Assembly: GCA_950097015.1 (NCBI GenBank)
Contig: CATNEN010000038.1
Location: 5,456,001 to 5,520,000, forward strand
Direction: 5' to 3'
Origin: Macrostomum hystrix
Taxonomy: Eukaryota; Animalia; Platyhelminthes
DNA: 64,000 nt
Below, in pieces: positions 44,055 through 56,293 of the stretch. The translations under genes and the position numbers were made by a program. The notes under the pieces were generated by a model. That model worked only from the letters and a program-made list of their open reading frames with translations, ran no database searches and was not told the DNA's origin. Every line of letters starts with the position of its first letter. Positions within the stretch are counted from its first letter, which is position 1.

Positions 44055-47000
44055 ATGCAGGAGGCGTTGGTTCTGGCCAGCGCTCAGACACAATTCACCG
44101 GCTCCCAGGCCCTGCTGCCGGAGCTGCTGCCGACGTCTTGATGGATCAGCATCATCATCTGCGGCTGCGTCAAGGTCCACCTGAACAGTGCTGACGCACA
44201 GGCAGCTGCCCAGCCAGCCAAGCGGCTTCTGCCGGCTCCGCTTGCGGGTCTCTGATTAAAAAATAAATTATTCCCGACGGCATGTTTGTAGCAAATGAGC
44301 AACTCTGAGTTGAAGACTGCGGTTTGATAGTTTTATCAAATTACAAGTATAAAACATCTAAACTAATGTCATTGGTTGCAACAAAAATTTCACAAACAAA
44401 TAGCGCATGTACTTTTACCGCCATTCCATTGGCGCCGTGGGTTAGTATACTCAGATGGACTGCTCAGAATATTCCCAGAGGATGCTTAGACTGCATGCTC
44501 TGCTTCCGGAGAGCATGGCTACTCAAGTACTCTCTCCTTCCCACTATAGGCCGCGAGCAGGCAATGGGCCAATAGGACATGCGTGGGCCGACTGGTTTTG
44601 AGTTGAGGACAGCAACAGCAGAAGTTGCCGGAAATCAGATTTTAGGTTCATTGAGGGCCCTCGTCTCTTATAGGCAACTCTTGTTTCTGGGTAAATTTCT
44701 TATCGATGGGTACTTCAAGCTAAAAGAGGACAAGAAATTGAGTTTCATTCTGCGGCCAAGGTCAAATTAATGCTTTCTAAATGTTCTTTAGCACAGAAGC
44801 ATAAGTATCTACACAGAGCCATGTTGACTTATTGTACATTTTTCCTCTCATTTTTACTATGAAATTTAGTGGTCGTTTAAATAGGATTTACCAACTGCCT
44901 GCACTTCTGGCAATGACATTCGCTGCATGTGCCACATTTCATTTAAGTGAAACTCATGACCAACCGACGTTCAATGAACCTTGACATGGGACATTGCTCC
45001 GCAAAACAGCAAGGATCAGTAGGAGTAAAAGGAAGGGAAACAATTTTTCTTAGAAAAAAGTTGGGGAGACTGGCTTACGTACTGAGGGAGAATATACTTT
45101 GACTTTGCAAGCTTTTTGCATGCTATCCCCCTTTTAAAAAAGTCTTTTGTCTATGGCTCAAACTACATTCTTGAATGGCGCCCGAACCTACATTGAGATA
45201 GCCGCTGGCAAAAGGAGTAACAGCCCCGTATGAAGCTCTTTGTTACCGCTCCCATGGAAGAACTCACCGACATAGTGCCTGGCAAGGATGCATCGCAAGC
45301 AGAAGCCCAGATTGAGCAGCAGGGAGGCGGACATTATGGCCAGGATGCCGATTATGTAATCGGTGCGAGCAAACTTAGCCACTGCAGTGAAAATGTTAAA
45401 TAAAACTTGCGTTATCCATTTGACAAAAGTTTAAAATACTGACGTTTTTAGTCGTGCTTCTCGTCAATTTCAAGTTAGAGTTTCATAATTCAGAAAGACA
45501 GGACGGGAGTTCGTTTCTCAGCCCATAGTAGGGCAATTTGTGTCTTCGAGAAACGTACTTAATTTTTCAGCGATTAATTTCAACTAACTGCAGTAAATTG
45601 GGTTCAGCTGGGGTAGAAGTTTAGAAGGGATTCTGTCCACGGACTGTACAGCTGTACATACATAGGCCTTAGATTTTAAAGGCCTTAGCAAGGAAGAGCT
45701 TACAGTTTGGGTGTCGTTCCAAGTCATCCTGTGTGGCAGCCGGGAACTGGCGCATGTCCGGCTTCCAAACGCTTAGATCGCCAGCAGCTGGGGTGCGCGT
45801 TGGCGGCGGCGACTCTGTGCCGGAAAAAATTCCTGTGTTTTCTAACTTTGCTACTCATAGTAGGTCAACAGCGTGATACTTATTTAAAATGTATTTAAAC
45901 AGTAGAAAGACCAATGTATCGCCTAAGATATTCAGCAAATCGTTATTAGAATTCCACCCTATTCAATGAAACTGCTTTCAGAATCACAAAAATCAGCATC
46001 ATCGAGTTTCCCCATGGGAATAATAGCGTGTTCTTTCCCCATGGGAATAATACCATGGTCTTTCTACTGTTAAACATCAACAAAGAAAGAATAAATTTTA
46101 ATTTTATATACCGGCTGCGATGCCTCGCTTGGCAGTCGGTAAATGAGGCGGCGACTGCGATGGCAGCGTCGTTGGAGTGGTCCGGACTGCGTAGGCCGCC
46201 AGGTCCACGACGGCGCTAACTGAGCCGCGGAATTTGCAGTGCCAGGCGCCAGCCAAACGCCCCAGCCGGGTGTCCACGGTCAGGCTGACGCTCTTAGAGT
46301 CCGGCGGCTGCACAGATTTGCCACAGGAGACACCGGAGACGAGGATGGGATCGAGCACCGGACAGCTGCCGTCGCCTTGCATGTTGCAGATCGGGCTGCA
46401 CTCGCCGAAGCATTGCAGGTTGCTGGGCAGCACGGGGCAGTAGAACTGAACCTTGTGGTCCTCTGAGCCGGCTCCAGGCGCGGTGACATCGCAGCTCAGC
46501 GTGACCAGATGGTCCGACACCGACACCCGGATGCGGACATCGGTGCCGGTTTCACGAGACGAAGCGGATGCAGCCGATGAGGAGCCCTGGCTGCGGCCTG
46601 AGTTGAGAAAATAGACAAAACTAGGGCTGAGTGCATTTCGGAACACGGAATTTAGTTACCAAGTCATTAAGTTTCGAGCTCGTACCTGAGCTCGATTCCG
46701 CGGTGAGGCCGCATTAATTTGGGGCACTGCCTGACGATGAGAAAGTCAGGGCAGATGTACGCACCTGTGTGAGCGTATGCCTGCGTACAGTATCTGTGTG
46801 CGTGTGTGCTCAGGAGTCAGCGGAATGGGCTGAATTGCCTCCTCGCTGGCTTTTGGCTGGTGCCATCAAATGATGTGCCATTGCCCGCAGCCCTCCTGCA
46901 ATTATTATTATTAATATAATAGGCGAAAGTGGACCCGCAGCCAGACTCCAGAGCACACATACAGACGAATACTGTACGCAGGCACTACCTGCAATCCACA

Positions 47001-48987
47001 TGAACGAGGTTTTGATGGTTTAAAAAATCCCCTGAATCTACTCATTATACCTGAAGACAATAATATTCAAGACGGACAAGAAAGGTGAAAGTAAATGTAG
47101 TTCTAATTAGAAATTCCGTGCTTAATGCGTAAGTACCAGTCTAGTACGTATTGGAGCTGGTGTAGCTAGAGGCTGATCTACCAGAGCACTTTGAAACTAT
47201 TGTCGCGATCCTACTAATTATACTATCAAGATAGGTGAAGCACTAAATTTCGTACGAAAGTGAAAGGAAAGAAACATTACAAGCTGAAATGAAAAGCGCT
47301 ATTGTGTTGCGCATTAACCAGTAAACTTAGTATTGTAGTAAAGGCCTGTCTAATTCATTGAAAGCCCAGATAATGGCCAAGCTGTGTCCGACAGTCCTAG
47401 CGAACAAAAAACACGGCCTTTCGTTCACTAAGACTTCCAGACGCCAGACAATGTCGGCTCCACTTTAGGACTCGCGGTCTTATAGCTGAACAGCTACGGT
47501 ATGCAGCCAGGTTCTGGCTGGTTTAATGGACACTGTTGTTTGCGGGCGAGTACAAGGCGGGCGCTCTGCCCCTCTCTCCATCGCACACAAGCTCACAATT
47601 ACTCGTGACTTGGAAGCAAAGCGTCTTGCTTCTGAGAGCAGACGCTGATTCAGCCGACCGCCCACTGTGTGAAAGAAAATAGGCTCAACTGAGCAAGGCT
47701 CAAAGCTGGTAGAGAGCCTGTGGCTGTGCATTAGCTAAGGGTGGTAATTAAAAATACCCAAAACCCAGCGACCTCATTCAGACTGCAGGCTGAGCTGCTC
47801 ATAGCACACAACAATGCGAATTCTGTGTTTGAATAAGGTAAAACTGCGAAGAGCCTAGATTGGGTTTCAGCTCCAGATGTAACTGTGCTTTATGTGCATC
47901 TGATATTCTATTTTTGTTTCACTTTACAGAATTCTGTTAAACTATGTGAGGGCTGGAAAACTCGTCTATTGAGCAAAGACGAGGATAGACTGAAAGGACT
48001 GAAAATGTATAGAACTGATGGCAGCTCTGAGAAACCAGTAAATCAATCGATTAGATAAAAAGATAGAGGCAATATTCTACTTCCGTTCGTTATATTATTT
48101 TTTCGTTTAAATTCGTGCCACACGTGCATTATGAGTTGAAAAGTTGTGCTGACGTGGCTTTGCCGTGACTTGACACTTGGATCTATGTCTATGGCAAAAT
48201 CTGGCAAATATGGGGGAACAGGAAGCTAAGGCACAGAAATTCTGCAGCTGAAGATTTTGCGAAGGCCAAGCTGCGTCAAATGCATGGCACGAGTGCTGCT
48301 CTATTCGAAAGCCACCTCAAAGAATTCTTATGGCGCTGTCTATACCCCAAGAATAGCTTCGGTGCCCTCCTCTACTGGATTAGGCACTATTACCCGGTTT
48401 GAAAGAAGAAAGACTGACCAAGACTTTTCAGAACTGTCTGACCAAACTACTGACTTTTTGTTACCGTTAAACTTGTTTTTGTCGTTATCTGTCGTTTGCA
48501 AACAAAAAATAATATAACGAACGGAAGTAGAACATTGCCAAGATGAACATTGCCAAGTTGTACCATTCGTAAAGATAGATTTACGGTATTTGTAACTGAT
48601 GACAACATCCACAATTAGACCGAAGGCAACAGCTGCAGGCTATTGCGCGGCGCATCGGTCGGCTGCGTACGGCTGTTCAGTCCATGGACTGGGGGACGCC
48701 ACACCCCCCTCAATAACACAAATCGTTCCAGTTGAGTCGGGAACCTCCGACCTTCAATATACCGATCCGCTCTAACCACCTGGCTGCAAATAGATACATT
48801 GATAGGTGTTCACTGTCACTATCAGCCCCAATAAACGGAAAATGATTGCGCTAGAATACTCGAAGGCTATATACTAGCCAGCGAAACGCAGCGAAAACCA
48901 AAGCAGTCAATCTCTTATCTATCACTCACCCAAGTTTGGCATGCAGGCCAGCAACAGTGTGAGTAGCAGAGAAGTAGTCATAGCCAT
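43510..48987 (-). CDS. Uncharacterised type I membrane protein (signal peptide, Cys-rich Ig-like ectodomain, TM, polyQ cytoplasmic tail)
   Basis: Exons 48987-48930 (MAMTTSLLLTLLLACMPNL), 46597-46112 (VTLSCDV...AGAWHCKF), 45381-45268 (TM YIIGILAIMSASLLLNLGFCL), 44251-43764, and probably 43668-43510. First three introns are phase 1; last exon uncertain. Confidence 0.68.
46683..46920 (+). mobile_element. SINE family A, partial copy
   Basis: B-box-like GCTCGATTCC, body match and (TTA)n tail. Confidence 0.8.
48611..48788 (-). mobile_element. SINE family B, internally deleted copy
   Basis: CAATTAGACCGAAGGCAACAG..TGTTCAGTCCATGGACTG..GAGTCGGGAA..GCTCTAACCAC shared with 39076-39347. Confidence 0.7.
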
Positions 48988-49771
48988 ATTGATTGCGCAA
49001 TTCTAATGCAATCTAAGCGAATATTAGGTTCCAGAAATGCGACCGACCGCAGGAGACTAGGTCGCAAACAAGTACCTGTAGCAATCCGATTCTTTTGTTA
49101 GCTCTGTTAGTCAGTCAGAAATTTTTATTCGTCTTCGTTATATAATAGCTTGGCGATATTCTTACCTATGAACTCTGTTTACCGCCGTGTCTGCCAATCG
49201 CTCTGATTCGCTTGAAGCAGTGCAGGCCCGCAGCACGCTATTGGTCCGGAGCAGAATGTAAGATAGCGTTCGAGAGCCATCAAACTTTTCCTCACGATAT
49301 TTTATCTGAAGCACATTTCTACTTAAAGTAGGCACATTTAGTTTTGCTAAAACTTTTACGCAGAAAAGTGAAATAATGAAATAAAATAATTATTCGAGCC
49401 GCTTAGAAACTGAGTTCATAACACATTTTCAGGTAGAATTATAGCATGAAAATTATTTTCAAATATACATAAAGTGTTTAAAGTTTATTAAATATCGTAA
49501 AAGTGCACCTTATGTCCGATATTCTTTGAACAAAATATGCACGAGTCTGAATAGCCATAGCGAAAACGATAGATCGACACCCGAAAAAATGTGGTCGATT
49601 ACAACTATTAGCATTTAAGCAATAACATCGACCAAAACTGAGCAGAATAAAACTGGTGAATCATATAAAAAAGTCAATTCCACCTCGACATGTGCGCACA
49701 TATTACACGAAAGAGGGCACACCTAAATTTATACACTGCACATTGTTAGCAACTAAGTCTTCGCCAAGCGC

Positions 49772-50804
49772 TTATTCAGCATCGGCCGCGGCGGCAGCTT
49801 CGTTGTCGGCCCTCACGGTATTCAACAAGCGTTCCAGGCGTTTGGCTACCGCGGCAAACTCGAACGTGTCCTCGAAAGCCTCTCGGTCCGGGTGGTACAC
49901 GTTGCGGATGGGCAGGCCGTCAAGCCTTTTCCTCAGTGACTGGCACCTGTCGAGGTAGGCCTGGTAATTGGCCATGAAGTAGCGAGCCGCGGACGCGTGT
50001 AGGGCAGGCGGCAGAGAGCGGTCTTCCAGCTGCTGACAGACAGCCAGTCGTAAAGTCTCATAGGAGATCTGGTCGTTGTACCACCGGTTGCACTTCTCGC
50101 GATCATTCGGAAACGAGCCAGGCTCATGCTCCAATGGCCGGTCGCTGAGGCGAAACTGCATGTCGTGAATGACATTCGCAAGACGTAAGTTCGGCTGCCA
50201 GGTGCTTTGGCCCCAGGTGCTCTGTGTGGTGCAATAATTAGCGTTGTTTCAAAAAAGTATCCTATATGTCCCACGAATGCTTCAAATATTTTATAGAAAG
50301 CTGTTCTCTATAGTTGTGTTATTTGCCTTCCAGCTTGCCTATTACAACTGAGCGAGTTTAGTAAACTATCGCTGAAGCCGCCAATATTGAAATACATGCA
50401 TTGGAAGTGCACCAGCATTGGTCCTTTACCAGAATGCTCATGCAGACGCATCCCTTCTCATAAAAGTTGGGATGAAATCGAACCCGGTCGCCACGGCTAG
50501 AAGTGCGAAAGGCCACAAAAGGTGGCTGGCTGGGGTAATTGTAAGGTGCGCGGACAGAGAAGTGAAAGAAGCCGCCTGCATAAGGGGTGCCCTCGCCGCC
50601 AATGAGCAGCAGTTCTGCACGAGTCACACAGTCTTCGTCAGGAAACACTTCGGCCAGTGGCTGGGGCTCCTTCTGAAGTGAGAGGAGCTCCTTCTTGAAG
50701 CGATTAATGCATGCTGTAGATGGAGTAGGTTCAGCGTCTCGGCTTGGATCATCTGGATGCCACAGTTCAGGCCTTGAGTAGGCGTCCCAGACTGGAAACA
50801 TCAT
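49772..50804 (-). CDS. UBE2Z: Ubiquitin-conjugating enzyme E2 Z-like
   Basis: Exons 50804-50430 and 50221-49772 (phase 0). GTPYAGGFFHF, YPSQPP, VRFHPNFYEKGCVCMSIL|STWG (catalytic Cys), HEPG, YNDQISYETLRLAVC, plus a C-terminal extension typical of UBE2Z. Confidence 0.85.
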
Positions 50805-52631
50805 CTGGCAAGTCGGATCAGCTGCAAATGAAACATGTGATACATTACATGTAAGCCAAGTTACATTTATTTAAACACTGAATGTATAGCTGTAAAATCT
50901 TAATTTCATTGGCTAATGTCTGTAGGGAGGTATCTATTTATGCTAGTAAATGTAGTTAGAATTTCACAATTATCAGTACAAAGTCATTTTTTTAAAGTTA
51001 TAGCTAAATCGAGAGTAGGTTTAATATTAGCTCATCTTAACTTACAAATATAATTATTTGCTTGTCAAACGAAAACTGCTGTCATATTAGCTATCTTAGA
51101 CAAAACATTTAAACCATTTTTAGCTGAACAATGAGTAAAATTATAGCATAATAAAGAACATTTGCTGGAAAAAAGTAAATATATCAAAATCGCAGATTTT
51201 AATAATGGGACGCAGGTTAAGAGGCTTTTCAAATAAGACTATCAGGCCACAAAAATAGAATTTATTCTCTCTACATACCTTTAAAGTTAAGTATGCCGTG
51301 CTAGCAAGCTAAAGTAAACAACTTTTTTCTGTTTGAAATATCGTTATTAAACCAGCAACCAAGCGTCATGTCAATTTTTAGAATCCACTAAAATAAAGTT
51401 TTCGCTTTAAATTAAAGAAAAAAAATAAAATTTAAAATATTCAATACTAACTAAAAGCTTTAAAGAATAGAAAACAATGAGTGAGACTTTCTGGTGCTGA
51501 GCTAGTTTGAACTTTTTACGATTTTTTGTTTAAACTGATTAAAAAATTTAAACAACAATTTTTAGCTTGCTGCTTTTAAAAATAATCGTGATAGGCCTAA
51601 TCTGATAATACTGCGAGCAAGCTGCATGACCTTTGCTATTGCTAATAAGGCGCAAGCCAAATCAAAATTACTATGTGATTACTTCTTTGTTTTCTAAGCT
51701 TCACGAGCAAATATAATGCACTTATTTTTTAGGCTATACCAATGTTTTATTCACCCAAATATATTTCTTATGTTCGCTAAAAGAGCTGTAAGGCTGAAAT
51801 AGCTAGGAGCTAGGCCCACGAGGCAGTAGCTCTTGGCCTAGATCGTAAGGCTAGTTAAAGCTGTCACTGACACATGATAGGACTAGAGGGAAAGCATTGC
51901 AGCTGGGCCCTTTTATACAAGGCTTCCTTCCCAATGCTCTTGTCAGATTTAAAGATGCAAAGAGTTGCACAGTAGCTTCAAATGGGCCACTGCCACTCTA
52001 GCATAGGCCTAGCCATCATTGTGATATTGTCCAAGTCTTAGTGTTGTTTAGCAGTATAGTCTTGATTACACCTGCCACAGTGTAGCCCTCTAGCTATTAG
52101 TCTGCATTTAGTAGGCCTACTGCCCATGCTAGTGATGTGTGTTAAAAACTGCTAACTTTGCTGCATTGTAATGTCCCTGCGGTCTGCGGACCGCAGTGAC
52201 ACATTACCCTGTGGTAAATTTAGTGGTTTATACTGTGCGGTAAAATGTAACTAACGTGCCTAGCAACTAATAAGCTTGCCTATCAGTGTATCTAGAATCT
52301 AGCTAATCCTAAATTTCCTATAATTCATTTTTCTAAGTGCTTTGCATTTAAATTAAATGATAGGCCTGACTATGTAATCATAGATAGATAGGCCTACTAG
52401 CAAAATACATAGGGCCTAAGTCATGACATTTGAATTCAAACTATATTAATCAAGTTGTCAAGACAATAGGCCTAGGCCCTAATGGCCAATAGGTTGGGCC
52501 TAACCTAGCTAGCTTGGCTAGGCCCTAGTATAGGAAGTGTCAAAAATATTTCTTAGGCTGTTCTCAATTCTTAAGTTTTTTTAGAAATTTCTAGAAAAAA
52601 GTTTAATTTTTGCTAATTTATTTAATTTTTG

Positions 52632-53090
52632 GTAGTCAGTTGAACAGGTACCTGGACACTTTGTTATCTTACAACTTTGTCATCCAGATGACAATCTGTC
52701 CAATATCTCAGAGGGTGGATGACAAAGAGACTTAGACTTGTGGACACTTCGTCATCAATAAAACAAAAGTTTTCAAAGTTAGAACAGAACCACCCCTCCC
52801 TACCCCTACTCATATTGTGTTGGCATCTAGGCCTATCTTTCAACTCTTATAATGAAATCAGTTTTGACACCTCTTTTTGACAATTTAGAATATGAAGTGT
52901 GTTCATACCTTTGCCCCATCACCCCACCCTCACTTTATTGATGACGAACTTGATAGCTTGTTATTAGTAGATGACAAACTGAACAAACTTTAAAGCATGC
53001 CAATTGGCTGGATAACAAAGTGTCCTACCTTCCAAGTGGATGACAAAGTTGTAAGATGACAAAGTGTCTAGGATCTGTTGAACAGACTAC
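52632..53090. mobile_element. MITE-like element with ~55-bp terminal inverted repeats
   Basis: 52632-52686 (GTAGTCAGTTGAACAGGTACCTGGACACTTTGTTATCTTACAACTTTGTCATCCA) is an imperfect reverse complement of 53037-53090; no ORF; no clear TSD. Confidence 0.65.
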
Positions 53091-53119
53091 ATTATATTTA
53101 TAGTCTAGATATTGATATT

Positions 53120-55193
53120 TGTTATGTCCTTAGTAGCACCGAAGAAAGCCGTAAGATAGTGTTTGAGCGTTGGCGGGCTTATGCCACTCATTAGCGTAGC
53201 CACTCCCAAAAAAACACTTAATATATTTCTTTGGCTCGCTAGCTGTCTTAAGCATTCAATACTGTAAGGAGTATCTAGGGTTTCAACCCTAGACCCTTTT
53301 AGAAGCAGCAAGCAAACTAGGCAGCAAGCAAACTAAATCTGTGTCACGTCACAACATCCCTCTTCCTTTCAATCTTGAGCCTGATACCTCTCCGGCGGTC
53401 TTCGCATTCGCTGGGGGTATCTGCGATCCGCCATTGGTTGATCCTCAGCACTTGGAGGTTCTCTCTCTGGCTCATTCGTTGCCTCGGCTCTGTCCCTGAC
53501 ATGGTCATGGTGCACGACCAGATCTCGTCCTTGCTCGTCCCGCACTCGTCTCAACTGTTCGCCGACAGCTTCGTGCAGTACTCCTTCCCTCCACTCCTTA
53601 TTAAACGGATCCTGGACCCAGACTGGGCTGTAGGCTTGGTCAATACGCTTGTCTTGGAAGGACCGACAGTGCAGCAGTGAGAGTCGCGTGTTGAACTCGC
53701 GCCCAAACTTGACCACTGGTCGTGTGTTTTCTCTCACTTCCAGCTTTACTTGGATTCGCTTGTACTCCACGGCAGCTTGACAACGCGTCGTAACTTCATT
53801 CCCAAGGCTGGTGAACCAATTCTGTCCAATTACCGGCTTTGCGTCCAGATCCATCACTACCACAGGCAGTGAGTACTCTTTAGCGTCTTCCGTTTGAACT
53901 GTAACCTTCGCCGTGCCACACACCAGTAGGTCTTTACCTCCGTATGAAGTCAGCCGACAATCCGTATTTGACCAGTCCACTCCCAGCTGCTGAGCCAGCG
54001 TCTTGGGTATACAGGTCACGGATGCTCCGGAATCCACCATCATCGAAACTTTGCGATCATTAAGCTTCAGGTTGAGCCAGACACTTGACTTGTCCCTGGC
54101 ATTGCAGAGACTGAATAGCTCATTGTCCTTCCCGAATGCTTGGTCCTCCATGTCGATCCCTGCAAACTCTTGTGCTGTGTTCTTGCCTTTGGCAACGGTA
54201 TGCGGCATTTGCCCCTGTGACTTTCTCAACTTACAGGCGGCTTCGAAGTGGTTCATCTTACCAGAGTTGCAACATTTTGCTCCGAAAGCAGGGCAGGACT
54301 TTGGCGGATGCTTCTTCATACAGAATCTGTAGGCCTTGCCAAATGTGCTTCCTTGACCTTGAGTACTATGAGTACCTTGAGGTCGCATCTTGCCCTTCGC
54401 CACATTGATGTTTTCTACTTTGCCCCCTGAAGACAGGGCGCTCTTGCTCACTTGTTCCTATGCCGCAGCAGTCTCCACAGCTAGCTCCAGCGTCAGTGGA
54501 TCCTTGATGAGCAGTTCCTTGATCACCGACTCGCTCCGTAGTCCGGCCACGAATCGGTCTCTCAGGGCTTCGTTCAGAAAATTCCCGAACTGGCATCTAT
54601 CAACCTGAGCACGCAGCCGGTTTTCGAAATCCGCAGCTGACTCATGCTCGTCCTGCCTCATTAGGTTGAACTTATACCGCTCTGCCACCACTAGCTTCTT
54701 CGCCTTTGGTGTGACGTGCTTCTTGATTTCCTCTTTTAGCTCCTTGAAGGTCTTATCTTCAGGCTTCGCTGGTGCCACCAAGTTCCGAAGCTTGCCATAT
54801 GCGGCTTCCCCCATGAGGCTAATGAAGAAGTCAGTCTTGGGCGAAAATCCATCGGTTTTTTCGTCCTTAACAGCTGACCTTCTACAGACGGCTTCAAACC
54901 TTTCAATCCAGGCCTCAAACTTGTCCTCAGTCCATGGAAGCTCTCGCAGGTTCTCTCGAGACAACGACGCCATTGTTATGTCCTTAGTAGCACCGAAGAA
55001 AGCCGTAAGATAGTGTTTGAGCATTGGCGGGCTTATGCCACTCATTAGCGTAGCCGCTCCCAAAAAACACTTAATATATTTCTTTGGCTCGCTAGCTGTC
55101 TTAAGCATTCAATACTGTAAGGAGTATCTAGGGTTTCAACCCTAGACCCTTTTAGAAGCAGCAAGCAAACTAAATCTGTGTCACGTCACAACA
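53120..55193 (-). mobile_element. Ty3/Gypsy-type (Mag-like) LTR retrotransposon, non-autonomous, internally deleted
   Basis: LTRs 54974-55193 (5') and 53120-53356 (3'), TG..CA ends, 5-bp TSD ATATT, PBS TGGCGTCGTTG next to the 5' LTR, PPT AAAGGAAGAGGGA at 53357-53369. Confidence 0.95.
53369..54973 (-). pseudogene. gag-protease-integrase tail ORF of the LTR element, with one in-frame TAG
   Basis: Gag (WIERFE, ERYKF, LRDRFVAGL), degenerate zinc knuckles, protease VDSGAS, then FGREFNTRL..WREG..HHDHVR..RYPQRMRRPPERY; TAG at 54458-54460; no RT/RNase H/integrase core. Confidence 0.85.
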
Positions 55194-56293
55194 ATATTCA
55201 ATAATTTTATCATTAAAATAATGGTTCAATATTTATCAAGTAATAAGTATGAAGCCTAGCAATCAATATAAAAATAAAAAGAGAGCTAAAAAATTCATTC
55301 TGGCAGGTAACTAGTCATTTTTTGGTCTAAAACTAATTAATTTTATTCATAGTTTAAAGGCCATTATACAATCCCTTTAGCCTAGTTATTTTAGTTTTTT
55401 GTTTCTATTTTTGCAATTATTGAGTTCACAATTATTGCCTTAGTTGCAAAATGTAAAAACTTCAATCAATTGGTTATCACCAAAAAACTTTTTAGTGGCA
55501 AATAATAAATTATACTAAAAATGTAAAGTATATTTATATATAATTATATATTCAAATATACAAACAAGCTCCTCTTGATTTATGTAATTCTACTAAGTGT
55601 TGCTGGTTCTGACTAAAAATAGGTTGTCATGACAAATATTTTCATTTTTTTTCAATGGCATTAATAATAATCAATGTAATATCCAAATATCAGTTTATCA
55701 ATTAGATTATCCAGTATTTAAATGGCTCCTAGTATCTGCAGGGTAAAGAAGAGTGGGTCTGAAATCCATAGTCAGTATACATAATTTCAGTGTTTTTGAT
55801 AAAAGTAACAAACAAACAATGCAAACTATTTAGTAGGCATTTACTCTAACATCTATAGCTTAAATATGTTGTCAAAAGGCATTTTGAGTAGTGACAGTAT
55901 TTGCATTTATATATGTCATGTGGCATGTCTTTGTCTTGTATTCAATTTCCCCTTATGTTGGCTTTAGTCCCGTAAAGCATTGTTCTAACACAGTCTGGAA
56001 TTGTACCTGCCAGGTGAACAAATTCCAAAAATGCCAAAAACATTTTTTATGTTTTCATATTTATGTTTGAAAACAGAAGATAAATTTTTTGGTAATATTC
56101 TTCATACATGCTAATAGTCTCACATAACTATACAATACTAAAGCTTGATAAAATATGCTGTAACACTAATTCTGCCATTGTACTGCTTTATTGTTCTATT
56201 AATTTTTCAGCTATAATCTTTCATCAGTCCTAGTAAAATAAGAGCTTACTGCCACTTTGCAAAGCATTTTGTGTGCTTAGCTTGGTTAGCAGA

